DNA of 46,070 nucleotides from Chiloscyllium plagiosum. Its lineage: Eukaryota. Shown one piece after another: positions 12,016 to 23,934 of this stretch. The notes beneath the pieces are model-generated. The model saw nothing but the letters and a program-made list of their open reading frames with translations. It ran no database searches and was not told the origin of the DNA. Position 1 is the first letter of the stretch, and every line of letters begins with the position of its first letter. The stretch covers positions 5,437,435 through 5,483,504 of the forward strand of contig NC_057753.1 in NCBI RefSeq assembly GCF_004010195.1. The letters are read 5' to 3'. A program made the position numbers and the translations under genes.

Positions 12016-12369
12016 GCCTGGGCAACCGGCTGTTCGCAGCCGCCATCTTATGAGCCTTGACGCTTGTCATGAGATCAGATTGGCATCCTGCGAGAAGAGC
12101 AGGCTCTGAATCACCGGCAGTTCTTCCTCTCATTTTGAAAATCTTGTTGCAAAAGGATGCGAAATAACTCAGAAATTCGCCGAGGCTCTTTTAGAGAGTA
12201 CCTTCCAAACCCACAGCCAATTCCATCTGGAAGGAGAAGGGTCAGCAGGCAGCATATTGACTTGGAAATGTATCGCTGTTCCTTTAGCGTGTCTTGGTCA
12301 CAATCCTGGAATTCCCTACCTCAGGACATTGTGTCCTTTCTCAAGGGATGGGCAATAATTGCTGGCTAG

Positions 12370-12885
12370 GAGAAAGCAAGGATTGCAGATGCTGGAGATC
12401 AGAGCCGAGCCGGTCAGGCAGCATCTGAAGAGCAAGAGAGTTGACGTTTCTGGCAAGAGCCCTTCATCTGGAATGATGTTTGTGGGCCGAGGGGACTGGG
12501 GCTGGGGGGAAGGTAGCTGAGAGTGCGATAGGTAGGTAGAGGTGGGGGGGTAATGGTGACAGGTCGGAGAGGAGGGTAGAGCGGATAATTGGGAAGGAAG
12601 ATGGACAGGTCATGAGTTTGGTGCCGAGTGGAAGGTTGGAACTGGGATAAGGTGGGAGGAGGGGGAATGAGGAAACTGGTGAAGTCCACAGTGATGCTGT
12701 GTGGTTGGAGGGTCCCGATCAGAAGATGAGGCGTTCTTCCTCCTGGTGTTGATTAGTAAGGGTGTGGCGATGGAGGAGGCTCAGGACCTGCATGTCATCG
12801 GCGGGGTGGTGGGAGTTGAGTGTTCGCTGACGGGGCGAATGGGGTTGGTTGGTGCTGGAGTCCCGGAGATTTTCTCTGAAGCGCT
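12370..12885 (-). mobile_element. Penelope-derived repeat with degenerate hammerhead
   Basis: Minus strand CCAGATGAAGGGCTCTTGCCAGAAACGTC at about 12443-12471; same family as 11866-12015 and 16900-17170. Confidence 0.65.
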
Positions 12886-12959
12886 CTGGCTAATTACTGG
12901 CTAGCCGCTGACATTCCCACAAGTGAATCATATGAAAATTCAACTGGGAATTGGATTGT

Positions 12960-13905
12960 TAATTAAAAATGGATGAGAACATACAAGGCATGATTAGTAG
13001 GTTTGCTGATGACACTAAAATAGGCAGTATTGTGCACAGTGAGGAAGGTTATCAGAAATTGCAGCAGGACTTTAATCAGCTGGGGAAGTGGGCTGAGAAA
13101 TGGCAAATGGAGTTTAACATAGATAAGTGTGAAGTCTTTGATTCTTGCATTTGGGAAAGTCAAATCGAGGCAGGGGTTTCATGGTGAATGGGAGGGCCTT
13201 AAGGAGTTAGTGAAACAGAGGGAATGTGGAGTTCAGGTACCCAGTTATCTGAAAGTGGAGTCATAGATAGACAGGTCAGCTGAAGAAGGCTTTTGGCACA
13301 CTGTTCTTCATCAGTCAGGGCAATAGGTATGAACGTTGGGAAATTATGTTGCAGTTGTACAGGGCGCTGGTGAGGCTGCACTTGGAGCATTGTGTTCAAT
13401 TTTGGTCACTTTGCTATAGGAAGAATGTTAAACTGGAAAGAGTGCAAAGAAATTTACAAGGATGTTGTCTGGATGCAAGGCTCTGAAGTTTTGGGAGAGT
13501 TTGGACAAGTTAGTACTTTTTCCTTTAGGTCATAGGGAATTGTGGGGGGATCTTATAGAAGCATATAAGATAATGAGAGGCATAGATAGGGTGAATGCAG
13601 TCAGTCTTTTTCCTCAGTTTGGAGAATTGAGGACTAGAGGTCATCGGTTTAAGGTTCGGGGGAAGAATAAAAGGGACCCTGAGGGGAATCTTTTTTACAC
13701 AAAGGGTGGTATGCATATGGAATGAGCTGCCAGCGGAAGTGGTTGAGGTGATACATTAACAACATTTAAAAGGCATTTGGAGAAATACATGGATAGGAAA
13801 GGTTCCGAAGGATATGGGCCAAGTGCCAACATTTTGGTCGGCATGGACTAGTTTGGGCCAAGGGGCCTGTCTCCATGCTGTAGGACTTTATGACTATGAC
13901 TCTGT
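12960..13905 (+). mobile_element. CR1 LINE 3' fragment (RT)
   Basis: ISRFADDTKIG..LQQDFNQLGKWAEKWQMEFNIDKCEV; GDLIEAYKIMRGIDRV..RTRGHRFKV. Confidence 0.9.
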
Positions 13906-14599
13906 GACATGCTGGGATATAGGGTAGAGATGAGGGGATGGGAAAATCCAGGCGAACTATTCACTTGGGGATGAGTATGGAGTGTGATGGAATACTCTCC
14001 ACTCCTCTGGATGAATGCAGTTCCAACAGACCATGAGAGAAGCTGGATGCCATTGAGGACAAAGCAGCCCACTTGATTGACATCACCATCCACAAACATG
14101 CACTCCCTGCACCACTGGTGCTCAGTAGCAGCAGCATGTACTGTCTAAGCACGGAATTTAAATTTGCTTCATTAAAGTTTTGACCTTTGAAGAAGCCAGT
14201 TCTCAGTGAGGGTGACTATAAAAAATGATCGATTGCCATAAGAACCCACCTGCTTCTTTAATGTTCTTCAGGATAGTAAATCTGCTGACCTTATCCAATC
14301 TGACCTACACATGACTCCTGGTCCACAGCAATGTTGTGGATTCATGAGTGCCCTCCGAAATGACCTAGCAAGTCACTTAGTTCACGTGCTGCCCTTCTTG
14401 GTGATGTCCTCATCTCAATCAAGAATAAGTAAAATTGATCATCAGTGGCATCCTGCACGAGTCTGTGGCCAAATAGGTAGCAAATTTCAGATCCTGGAAT
14501 GAGTGATGACAACATTTGATCCCAGGAATGTATTGGACTCTTAGCCAGCCTTTGAAAGGCCCTAGCAAGCCTCTCAGTTCAAGGGCAGTACAATGTCTA

Positions 14600-15090
14600 C
14601 AAGTCATACAATCATACAGCATGGAAACAGATCCTTCTGTCCAACCATCTGTGCTAACCATAATCCCAAACTAGATCATCCTACCTGCCTGCATTTGGCC
14701 CATATCCATCAGAACATTTCCTGTTCATGTACTTCTCTAAATGTCTTTTGAACATTGTAACTGCAGCTGCATCCACTACTTCCTCTGGAAGTGCATTCCA
14801 CACACAAACCACTCCCTGTGTAAAAAAAAAAGTCCCTCATGTCTTGTTTAGATCTTTCTCCTCTTCCTTTAAAAGTATACCCACTAATCTTGAAATCCCC
14901 CAACATAGAGAAAAGACACCTGTTCATGTTATCAATGGCCCTCGTTATTTTATAAACCACTATAAGGTCACATCTCAACCTCCTACCCTCCAGTGAAAAA
15001 TGTCCCAGCTTATCCAGCCTCTCCTATAATGAAGACCCTCCATTCCTGGCAACATCTTGGGAAATCTCTTCTGAACCCTCTCCAGCTTTA
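14600..15090 (-). mobile_element. CR1 LINE 3' fragment
   Basis: DLIVVYKI..SGYTFKGRGERSK..FF plus the CR1 3' tail. Confidence 0.8.
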
Positions 15091-15248
15091 TGAAAGAAAA
15101 ATAATAATTTCTTTAAAATCAGCAACTATCTTACAGCGATTAAAATGGAAATTTGAAATTCTTTTGCGATTAGGTCAGTTCAGAATTTCAAACTGAGATT
15201 GTTGAATGTTTATGATGTAAAGTTTTCAAATGTTATGGAATCGAGGCA

Positions 15249-15535
15249 GATGCTGCTTCACAGTGTCGGAGACTTGGGTTCAATTCCACCCTCAGGATCA
15301 TGTGGAGTTTGCATATTCTCCCTGTGCCTGCGTGGGTTTCCTCTCAGAGTTGAAAGATGTGCAGGTTAGGTGGATTGGCCATGTCAAATTGTTCATAATG
15401 TCCAGGGACGTGGAGGTGAGGTGGATTAGCCATGGGAAGTGCAGTGTTATGGGGATACTGGAGGAGGGTGGGTCTGAATGGGTTGCTCTTTGGAGAGTCG
15501 GTATGGACTTGATGGACCAAATGGCTTGTTTCCAC
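15249..15535 (+). mobile_element. Degraded V-SINE
   Basis: GGGTTCAATTCC B box and TGTGGAGTTTGCATATTCTCCCTGTGCCTGCGTGGGTTTCCTC core. Confidence 0.8.
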
Positions 15536-16899
15536 ATTAGCAATTCTATGATTAATGTGCAGATAAGATATTTGATACAGAATCTAACTGTCTGAGCTTG
15601 AAGTGATCTAGTTTTGTTTTGAAGGCGCACTGAGTTTTCTGTCTGCTGCAGGCTGTCTCAAACCCCTAAACCATTTGCTAAGGGTGAGGTGCAGTCTTAA
15701 CAGAGAGGAAAATTTATGTTTTTGTGGAGAAGGTAGAGGATGGTGATGTCATTTGTGAGGGGAGCTAAGCGGAGGCTTTCAGGGTTAGCAATAGTTTTGG
15801 CAGCAAGTAAAAGGCCAAATACGTTGTTGGTGCTGTTCCTTACTCTGAACTGTAAGATGCAGAAGGAGCTGGGTATCATGTGCATGAATCGCAGAAGGTG
15901 AGTAAAGTAGGTATAAAGTGGAAATAGGCCAGCTGAGATAAAGAACAAAGAAAATTTACAGGCCCTCCAAGCCTGAGCCGATGCAAATCTACTGTCTAAA
16001 CCTGTCGCCCAATTCCTAAGCATCTGTATCCCTCTGCTCCCCATCTACTCTTGCATCTATCCAGATGCATCCTAAATGAATCTATCGTGCCTGCCCCTAC
16101 TATCTCTGCTGGCAATGCGTTCCAGACACCCATCACCCTGTGTGTAAATGATGAATACAAAATTAGAGTGGTTATGCTTCAGTATTACAGGGCATTGTGA
16201 GACTGTATCCTGGAGTATTGTGCATGTTATTTAAGGAAGGATGTAAATGCATTGAAGACATTCCAGAGAAGACATAAGTAAGAACTGACTTGGTTGAAGA
16301 TGGCATCTTACAGAGTAGATTTGGACAGGATGTTTCCTCTTGTGGGAGAATCTAGAACATTTAAAACAGAGATGAGACAAAATGTTTTCTCTGAGGGTTG
16401 TGAGTCTTTAGTACCTGAAACATATGTTGGAAGCAGAGTTCTTGAATGTTTTTAAGGCAGTGGGAGATAGACTGTTGTTAAGGGGGTGAAATGTCATTGG
16501 GGTTAGGCAGGAGTGTGGATTTGAGATTACAGTTAGATTGGCCAAGAGTCTTATTGAATGGCAAAACAAGCTTGAGGGACTGAATGGTGTACTCATTATT
16601 TTAATGTTAACCATGCAGTGAAAATAGTTTCAGTAGTGTCTCTTGATGAAGGAAAAACTGTGCTGTGACTCTGAAAGAAGCTCTTTGGCCATGAGAAGAG
16701 GATGATTGAGAGGTTCTGTGCTATGACCTTCCCTGTGGTAAACAGCAGGGAGTCACCTCTAGAGTTACCTCAATTGGATCTGTCTATTCACAAACATAGC
16801 TGCAGTTCTGATGATTCTGAGGAATCATTCCCCTTCTTAGATGGGCATTCCAAGATGATACAGCTGTGCCAGGAATGTAGCCTCAACACATTTTAGAGT

Positions 16900-17170
16900 T
16901 TGGGAGAAAGTGAGGCCTGCAGATGCTGGAGATTTCAGAGTCGAGAGTGTGGTGCTGGAAAAGCATGGCTGGTCAGGCAGCATCCGAAGAGCAGGAGAAT
17001 CGACGTTTCGGCAAAAGCCCTTCATTAGAATGGGGCTAGTGGCCAAGGGGGTGGAGAGATAAATGGGAGGGGCTGGGGGGAAAGTAGATGAGAGTGTGAT
17101 AGGATGAGACCGGTGGCGAATTGGAAGGTTGGATCTGGGATAAGGTGGGGGGAGGGAAAATGAGGAGTTT
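16900..17170 (-). mobile_element. Penelope-derived repeat with degenerate hammerhead
   Basis: Minus strand CTAATGAAGGGCTTTTGCCGAAACGTCG at about 17001-17028. Confidence 0.65.
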
Positions 17171-17790
17171 GGAGTTTGGCTGGGCTTGCATCTGCTTTCG
17201 AGCTACGAAAATGTTTTTCAATTTCACCCTGGACTTAGGTAGAATGGTGTTGAGGTATTCTTCTGACAAGAGAATCTTGGTTGAGGAATTCTTTAGTTTG
17301 TTCTCTGCAGTGAGCTTTGACTGTCTCCTTGTCCTTGATAAATTCCCCTCTGCGCTTTTGTCTACGCAGGATGGGTTCCAGAGCGCCTGGGCCATAGATT
17401 GTTTTCACAGCACTGAAGACAACGCTGCCTGTTATTGCTGTTCGAGTTCTTGGATCTTCTGTACTTTTTCTACCCGCAGTTTGATACTTATGTTGCGGGA
17501 GTTAACATGAGGATGTCCTCAAAGCATCTCTGAAGAGACTGAATACAGCCACCGACTCAGGGGTGTGTCCAGCTTGTGGTGGACTAAAGTGGAGAAGGCT
17601 GGTTTGGGAATGCACGGAGCACATTGAGAGAGCACATCTGCAGAGTCAAAGTGGAGGCACCTCAAGCTCCAAACACCCACCTGACCCTTCATGCTTTGCC
17701 CATCCCATCCCACGCCTACAGATCATGCATTTGTCACCTAATCCAGAGTCATGTAAGGAAGCCATTCATGATCCTGAGAGATTGCTGAAG
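17170..17790 (-). mobile_element. RTE-clade LINE fragments
   Basis: Frameshifted minus-strand peptide SAVKTIYGP..GEFIKDKETVKAHCREQTKEFLNQDS resembles the RTE ORF linker. Confidence 0.55.
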
Positions 17791-17966
17791 AATGAGAGAG
17801 GCAGGGCTGTCTTCTCAGTCTTGGCCAGGTCCTCTGCTACCATTTGAAGTACTTGTTCTGTAAGCGGTGAGTGTGCATGGTCACCCAGCTGACTAAATAG
17901 AAATTGGCTGGGCCTCAGAAAAGAACATGGTTTACTCTTTGATTTTATTTTTATTTTGCACAAAGG

Positions 17967-18165
17967 AGCTGGAGAACTCAGAGGAGAGGGAGAGAGAAAA
18001 CTGGGAAGGAAAGAAGTAGATTATTTGGATTTCTGTACATACAAGAGGGAAACCGTTGAAAAGACATTTACAGCTTGAGGGGGAAATTGTTCCATTGAAG
18101 GTAGAATTGTCTGTTTGCAATTCCAGTCCTGAATTCATGCTGACTTCTCTAATCTTCCTTTTTAG
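17967..18165 (+). other. Conserved last-intron end and splice acceptor of ZNF gene 2
   Basis: CTCTAATCTTCCTTTTTAG|GATGTC with AG at 18164-18165; homologous to the gene 1 intron end. Confidence 0.7.
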
Positions 18166-18571
18166 GATGTCAAAAGGAGAGAATTTTCAGACAGCAATGT
18201 CAAATCAAACGTCAATATCTGACAGTCCCAAGATTCACCAGGACCTGAAATTCATCACCCTTTGAATGTGGAAGAAGAATTTTTTCTTCGTTCTTTCTGA
18301 GGGAAAAGATTTCAAATGTCAGTGTAACCAGAAAACTAAGACAACAAACCCACCCGATTGAGAGTGTCCAAGTGAATTGACTGCAAAAAGCATTAATCAA
18401 TTGCACAGACTGAGTGTTCCAGTGAACTGATTGGAGAATGAGCTTTAACCAATTACACTGTCCGAGATTAAAAAATCACACCGTTCACTACGGGGAGAAA
18501 CCATATCTGTGTTTTTTGTGTTGACGAGGCTTCAACTGATCATCCAACTTAGACACACAAACAACTCCACC

Positions 18572-19558
18572 ATGGAGAAACCGTGGAAATGTGGGGACTG
18601 TGGGAAAGGATTCAGATCCCCATCTGATCTGGAAATTCATCGACGCATTCACACCGGTGAGAGACCGTTCACCTGCTCTGAGTGTGGGAAAGGATACACT
18701 CAGTTATCCAGCTTACAGACACACCAGAGAACTCACACCGGGGAGATGCCATTCAGTTGCTCTGACTGTGGGAAGGGATTCACTCGATCATCCACCCTGC
18801 TGAAGCACCAGCGAGTTCACACAGGAGAGAGGCCTTTCACCTGCTGTGAGTGTGGGAAAGGATTCAGCCATTCTTCCAACCTCCTGACGCACCAGCGGGT
18901 TCACACTGGGGAGAGGCCTTTCACTTGCTCTGAGTGTGGGAAAGGATTCTCTGATTCATCGACCCTGCTGAAACACCAGCAAGTTCACACTGACAAGAGA
19001 CCCTTTATCTGCCCCATCTGTGGGAAGTGCTATAAAAGTTCCAGAGAACTGTCATGCCATCAACGTGTTCACACCGATGAGAGACCCTTCAGGTGCTCTC
19101 ACTGTGGGACAGGGTTCAAAACGACATCTGACCTCGCTGTCCACCAGCGAGTTCACACTGGAGAGAAACCATTCACCTGCTTTGAGTGTGGGAAAAGTTT
19201 CACTTATTCATCCAACCTCCTGAGGCACCAGCGTACTCACTCAGATCTGAGAGCCTTTCAATGTTCTGATGGTGAGGAGAGCTTTAAAAGCAGCAATGAC
19301 TTGCAGACACACCGATGCACTGATGCTGGAGAGAGTCCGTTCTCCTGCTGCAATTGTGGGAAGAGGTTCACTGATTCATCCAACCTGCTAAACAATCAGC
19401 AAAGTCACGTTGTGCAGAAGTCATTTACCTGCTCCGAATGCGGGAAGGACTCACTTGGGTGTTTACCTTGCTGTAACAGGAGCGAATTCACTCAGAGAAG
19501 AGGCCATACACTTGAGCCTTGTATGGGAAGGAATTCATTCATTCTTCCCTCCTGCTGA
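18572..19558 (+). CDS. C2H2 zinc-finger protein, 8 intact fingers plus degenerate C-terminal fingers (ZNF gene 2)
   Basis: Strong Kozak CCACCATGG at MEKPWKC; 8 canonical fingers; fingers 9-10 lose Cys/His ligands and finger 11 is frameshifted. Confidence 0.9.
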   Translation: MEKPWKCGDCGKGFRSPSDLEIHRRIHTGERPFTCSECGKGYTQLSSLQTHQRTHTGEMPFSCSDCGKGFTRSSTLLKHQRVHTGERPFTCCECGKGFSHSSNLLTHQRVHTGERPFTCSECGKGFSDSSTLLKHQQVHTDKRPFICPICGKCYKSSRELSCHQRVHTDERPFRCSHCGTGFKTTSDLAVHQRVHTGEKPFTCFECGKSFTYSSNLLRHQRTHSDLRAFQCSDGEESFKSSNDLQTHRCTDAGESPFSCCNCGKRFTDSSNLLNNQQSHVVQKSFTCSECGKDSLGCLPCCNRSEFTQRRGHTLEPCMGRNSFILPSC

Positions 19559-19639
19559 GACTCCAGTGAGTTCATATATGATTGACTGCAGGGGTTGGAT
19601 TCTGTTTGTGCAGCTATTCATCTCATTCAGAGCTGGCTG

Positions 19640-19684
19640 CTCCCCAGTGGAACTCGCTGGTGCATCAGGAGGTTGGAGAATGAG
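19640..19684 (-). pseudogene. Inverted zinc-finger fragment
   Basis: Reverse complement CATTCTCCAACCTCCTGATGCACCAGCGAGTTCCACTGGGGAG matches finger-coding DNA at 18869-18913. Confidence 0.8.
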
Positions 19685-19694
19685 TTAATGTTGT

Positions 19695-20640
19695 CATTGA
19701 TGTAAATGATTTTGACGTGAATATAGGCGGAATGGTTAGTAAGTTTGCAGATGACAGCAAGGTTGGTGCTGTAGCGGACAGTGAAGAAGGTTATCTCTCA
19801 ATACAATAGGAACTTGATCAGGATGGCTGAGGATTGGCAGATGAAGTTTAATTTAGATCGGTATGAGGGTTGCATTTTAGTAAGGGAAATCAGGGCAGGA
19901 CGGATATACATAATGGTACGGTCCTGGGGAGTGTGGCTGAGGAAAGAGACCTTGGGATGCAGGTTCATATTTCCTTGAAGATGGGGTCCCAGGTAGACAG
20001 GTTAGGAAAGAAGGTTTTGGTATGCTTGCTGTTATTGGTCAGTGCATTGACTATAGGATTGGGTTGACATGTTATGGCTGTACAGGACATTGGTTATCCC
20101 ACTTTTGGAATACTGCGTTCAGTTCTGGTATCCCTGCTATATGAAAGATGTTGTTAAACTTGAAGGGGCGCAGAAAGGATTTACAATGATGTTGCCAGGG
20201 TTGGAGGGTTTGAGCTACACGTATAGGCTGAATAGGCTGGGGCTATTTCCCTGCCATGCCTGAGGCTGATGGGTAACCTTATGGAGGTTTATAAAGTCAA
20301 GAAGGGCATTGGTAGGGTATGTAGCCAGGTCTTTTCCCCTGGGTAGGGGAGTCCAAAATGAGTTGGCATAGTTTTAAGCTGAGTGGGGAAAGATTTAAAA
20401 GGGACGTCAGGGGCATCTTTTTCACTCAAAGGGTGGTGCATGTGTGGAATGAGCTGCCAGAAGAAGTGATGGAGGTTGGTACAATAACAGCATTTAAAAG
20501 GCATCTGGATGGGTCCATAACTATGAAGGGTTTAGAGGGATATGGGCCAAATGCTGGCAGTTGGAACTAGATTAATTTTGGATATCTGGTAGGCTTGGGC
20601 AAGTTGGACTGAAGAGTGCGTTTCCATGCTGTAGAGCTCT
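19695..20640 (+). mobile_element. CR1 LINE 3' fragment
   Basis: [42 protein letters not shown]. Confidence 0.9.
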
Positions 20641-22029
20641 AATCCTGAGATAGAGAAAAATTGTGTCCCAGCTGCTCTCCTCCATGTTTCAGAGCTCCTA
20701 GACATAACTGGGTTTCAAGTCATCAAGAACAATGGGGAATGGTAGAAATGTATAATCAAGCCAGAGATTGGGGGTCATAATGGGATCTGTTCCTGACTGA
20801 AAATGAAATGGCAGATTTAGGTTTCTAGCGTGAAAGCAACTGTGGTTTTTATGGTCTGAGGAATTAAAACGATTATGTGATATTCCTGATTCTCAGAATG
20901 TACATGAACAACACCAACTTAGACCTTTTCATATTGTAAAACTTGCCAAGGTGCTTTATACTTAACCAAAAGCTTTATTGAGGTAGATTTTAGGGAGGGA
21001 ATTCTCAAGCTTGATATCTTGGTAGCTGAAAGTGCAACCACAGATGGTGGAATGATGTTGGTAGGGGGCAGGAAAGGGTGACAGTTGGAGGAGTGCAGGG
21101 CTCTTGGAGGCTCTGGCATGGAAAGAGTGACTGCCTTTGTGTAACTTTAAGTGCCGAAAGAGGTCCATGTAGGCCAATGCCATGGTGTGGGGGAATGTCT
21201 ACTGGTTCACTAACCTTCTTTAGGGAAGGAAACGTACCCTCCTTACCTGGTATGATCTATATATGACTGTAGACTGTGACTGACTCTCTCTGGGCAATTT
21301 GGAATGGACAACAAATACTGACTTAGCCACTGAGCCCACATTCCTTGAAATAAGTTATTAGTCACAAAGTGGTCCTGGACATTGTGCAACCATCTGTGAA
21401 CGTCCCCACTTTGTTACAATGGAACAATTAAGTAACTGAAGAACTTTGGACCCAAGACACTATCCTGAGGAACTCCTGCAGGGATGTCTGAGCTCCAGCA
21501 ACAGCAACCATCTCTCTTTTTCATTAGGAAGGTGGAGATTCTTCCTCATTCAATGTCCTAGGTAATTGGTAGTTGTGAACTTGCAGGAGATTTTCTATTC
21601 ATTCATAGGATGAGGGCATCGCTGGCCAGACTCACATTTATTGCCTCTGCCTAATTGGCCAGAAGGCAGTTAAGGCTCAACCACATTGTTGCGGATCTGA
21701 ATTCACATGTAGGCCAGACTAGATGAGGGTGGCCGTTTCGTTCCCTGAAGGGCATTAGTGAAGCAGATGGGTTTTTCATGACAATTGGGAATGGATTCAT
21801 GCTCATCATTAGACTCTTGATTCAAATTTCACTATCTGCCATGCCAAGATTTGAACTTAGGTCCCCAGAACATTATCTCATTGCCTTCCCAATGCCTTTG
21901 CTTTTCTCTGATAAGTGACTCCTTTAACTTAAATTTGTTCCAAAGCTGTGCAGGTTTTGTGGCCTGAAATTGTTAATTTACATTTAGTTTATGGATTTTA
22001 AGTTGATTCTGCACTGTTTTACTAAAAAA

Positions 22030-22790
22030 CCTATTGGAATGTTTTGAGAATGTAATTAGTAGAATAGATAAGCAGAACCAGTGAATGTGGTGTATTTGGA
22101 TCTTCAGATAAGGTGCAAAAAAGCACATGAGATAGGGGTAAGATATTGGCATGGATTGAGAATTGGTTCACCAGTTGGAAACAGAAAGAGAAAAAATCAA
22201 TCTTTTTCTGTGTTTCATGCAGTGCCTAGGGAGATGCTGCAAGGATCGCTGCTTAGGCCCCAGTATTCATGGTACTCATGACCTCAATGACGAAACCAAA
22301 TGCAACATTTTCAGATTTGCTCAAGACACAAAACTAGATAGAATTGTGACTTGTGAGGAGATGCGAGGAGACTTTACAGTGATTTTGACAATTTGAGTGA
22401 ATGGAGAAACAGTTGGCAGATGCATGACAACACGACTAAATGTGAAGTTATACACTTAAACATGAAAAGATCAAAGGCACAGGATTATTTAATTGGTGAT
22501 AGATTGGGAAAAGTGTATGTACAAAGGAATCTTGGTGTCCTTTCATATCAGTCAATGAAAGTAGGCAGGTGCAGCAAACAGTATGGAAGGCAAATGGTGT
22601 ATCAACTATCATTGTGAGAGGATTTGAGCGCAGAAGTAAGAATGCCTTACTCTGGTTCTGCAGGGCTTTGGTCAGACTGTACGTGGAATATTACACATGG
22701 TTTTGTTTTCTGAACCTGAGACAGGATACCCTTGCCATAGAGTGAGTGCTGCAATGGTTCACTGAAGTGATATGTCGTATCTATTAACAG
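22030..22790 (+). mobile_element. Old CR1 LINE RT fragment
   Basis: NVVYLDLQ; QGSLLRP; FRFAQDTKL; WQMHDNTTKCEVIH. Confidence 0.75.
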
Positions 22791-22809
22791 TGATTTAAAT
22801 GGGAACTAT

Positions 22810-23383
22810 TGTTATGATACTGCTCCTTTAACAAAGTTGTTTTGTCATTTTTTAAAAGAGGGTCATAAAGGCTTAGGTTCCCATATGTCTGGGTTTATCT
22901 GCTTGAAGAAGCTTTGAAAGGGGAGCGGCTAGTTCTCCCGGTTCAAGGTTTGGTTTGTTTTCGCAAGCTGACTTGTTTGCAGCTGCTGGTCAAGGTTTTC
23001 AAGGCTGCTGGACCTAAAGAAACAGCTCCATGATGATCTTTCCTCTCTCTGCAATCTCTCTCCTGTAAGAACCTGTGTTTGATTTTACCTTTATTTGCCA
23101 AGGAGGTATTTAAGTGTTTGGAACACCATCATTACGTTGCGATGGAGTTGATTGGGTTTTCAAATAGTTAGCTGAAAATGTGTTGCTGGAATAGTTATGT
23201 CATTCTAAATTTGGTTATCTTTGGTTCATGTGTAAATAAATTGTTTTCTTTAAAACTGAGTGGTTGGGCCAGTTGCATCACTCCTGGAGTTTCCACCTTA
23301 CATCTGCTTAAAACAACTAGAAAAGTTAGGGTCTGGGCTACCTTCTTGAAATGTTTTGAGAGGGTCTGGCCTGGTCCATAACA
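22810..23383. mobile_element. Solo LTR (574 bp) with 4-bp TSD
   Basis: Starts TGTTATG, ends CATAACA (inverted, TG...CA); CTAT on both sides (22806-22809, 23384-23387); internal AATAAA near 23235. Confidence 0.8.
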
Positions 23384-23397
23384 CTATGAATTACTTA

Positions 23398-23540
23398 TGA
23401 TTTGGTGATGCTGGTGTTGGACTGGGGTGTACAAAGTTAAAAATCACACAACACCAGGAGATGAAGGAGCAGCGCTCTGAAAGCTAGTACTTCCAATTAA
23501 ACCTGTTGGACTATAACCTGGTGTTGTGTGATTTTTAACA
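23398..23540 (+). mobile_element. Short palindromic Penelope-type insertion with hammerhead remnant and 12-bp TSD
   Basis: GTTAAAAATCACACAACACCAGG...CCTGGTGTTGTGTGATTTTTAAC inverted arms around GATGAAGGAGCAGCGCTCTGAAAGCTA; ATGAATTACTTA at 23386-23397 and 23541-23552. Confidence 0.75.
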
Positions 23541-23934
23541 ATGAATTACTTAAATTGTTTAACTTAATATCTACTTAGTATATTAGTTGCTCAATCTTTC
23601 CAGGGAGGTCAGTGTGTGAAAAATAGCTGAATAGTCTACCTTTTCCATAAATCTCCTGCATCCCTCAACCAGGTATGCATTGTTTTGACTGCCAACAGAA
23701 CTGTGGGAATAATTGGATGGAGCTACTAGAAAGCCATCACAGGTATAGTGCATCAAATTATTTATTTTTGTTTTTATCATTCTAAAAAACAATATTTAGG
23801 ATTGTGAGAGACGGGGAAATGGAGACAGTAACCAAGTCAAAGTCAGCATCTTCGAAAGAGAGAGAGGTATCTGAATGTGGAGATCTGAGCAGAGAAAGAG
23901 AGAGAAACACACACACACACACACACCAGTCAGC

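Noticed and set aside
12050..12133. Minus-strand peptide GDSEPALLAGCQSDLMTSV resembling GPSEPLGILGKLTAIDTSV at 10790-10850
   Set aside because: Only about 8/21 residues match with near-background nucleotide identity, which is expected by chance in a six-frame comparison of this window.
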